The notes under the pieces: generated by a model
Seen by the model: the letters and a program-made list of their open reading frames with translations, nothing else
Database searches by the model: none
What the model was told of the DNA's origin: nothing
Assembly: GCF_020745735.1 (NCBI RefSeq)
Contig: NC_083429.1
Location: 16,907,877 to 16,971,876 of the forward strand
Reading direction: 5' to 3'
DNA: 64,000 bases
From: Hemiscyllium ocellatum
Taxonomy: Eukaryota
In this document: one piece after another, positions 63,131 to 64,000 of the stretch
Position numbering within the stretch: the stretch's first letter is position 1
How the letters are laid out: every line of letters starts with the position of its first letter
Program-made: the position numbers and the translations under genes

Positions 63131-64000
63131 TTTCACTTTTACATAGAGCATCTGTATCAAGGAAGGCTACCAATGTAGGAGATAATGGAGATCTGCATCT
63201 GTTGCTATGAGAGTGTACATCAAGTAATTCCCAAGGCTTTAAAACTTTAGGACAATGATACTCAAGGAGCTTATCCAGGATGAAGCAGTCAGTTAAACCA
63301 ACCTCTACAACACTATCTCCAGCTCATCCAATACCCCACTGTCTATCTCCCACAGAAGCAGAGATAAGTTACAGCACAGTAAGGAGTCATTCAGCCCACT
63401 GTGTTGCACCAGTTGAATAAATGAGCCGCCCATCCTAATCCCATTTTCCAGCTTCCAGGTCCATAGCCCCAGCTCTTCAGCTGCAGAACCAGTTTTATCA
63501 GCACAATTTCATGTTGAGTATTACATGATACAGCTGCAGGCTGAACTGGTGAATTAGTGATTTGCTGCTGAAAATGAGAAACCAGTCAAACGTAGAGCTC
63601 AACTCGAGCCTGAAACTGTTCATTTAGAAATTAGACAATTAAATAGAAATTAGACAATTAGATTGGTGTCCCATACAAATCAGTATCAATTTCCATTAAT
63701 CCTGATGAAACTCTATGGCAGCCAGTAGGATAGGAGCAGTATCTGGTCTCGAAATTCCTTCGTTTGGATGGAGTGGTTGGCAAACAAAAGTCTTTGAGAA
63801 TCACCGGAATTGAACGTGTGTTCTGAGCACAGTGAAAGGTGTGAGCAATGCACACTTGGCTTTGAAGCAAATGTTTTCCTTAAACCTGGGACATCAGATT
63901 CTGGAATCTTCTGGCTGGCATTGTAGGTCAACCCACAGCAGGTGGACTGCAGCAGTTCAAGAAGACCTTCTTGAGAGAAACTAGGATTGGGTAATAAATG

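Overview
Eukaryotic (vertebrate) genomic DNA, most likely a shark or other elasmobranch, judging by its HE1/V-SINEs, Deu-domain SINEs, dense CR1 LINEs and Penelope-like elements. The + strand carries the 3' part of ARHGAP32 (RICS/p250GAP/PX-RICS): ten phase-compatible GT-AG coding exons from 7188 to the TGA at 32321 (about 1612 codons in the window). They cover the C-terminal part of the RhoGAP domain and the long disordered tail, followed by a repeat-poor putative 3' UTR. No other intact host gene was recognised; 36.3-64 kb is mostly decayed retroelements. Most notable: (i) an exact 78-nt/26-aa tandem array in an ARHGAP32 exon giving five regularly spaced [D/N]-W-[H/Y]-E-L (LIR/AIM-like) motifs; (ii) minimal hammerhead-ribozyme motifs with covarying helices in four different Penelope-type families, including non-autonomous palindromic insertions with target-site duplications; (iii) an extended miR-132/212 site just after the stop codon; (iv) a 32-bp intronic hairpin; (v) a decayed gag-like relic and a solo LTR. 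Repeat boundaries are approximate and homology calls come from remembered sequences, not from searches.
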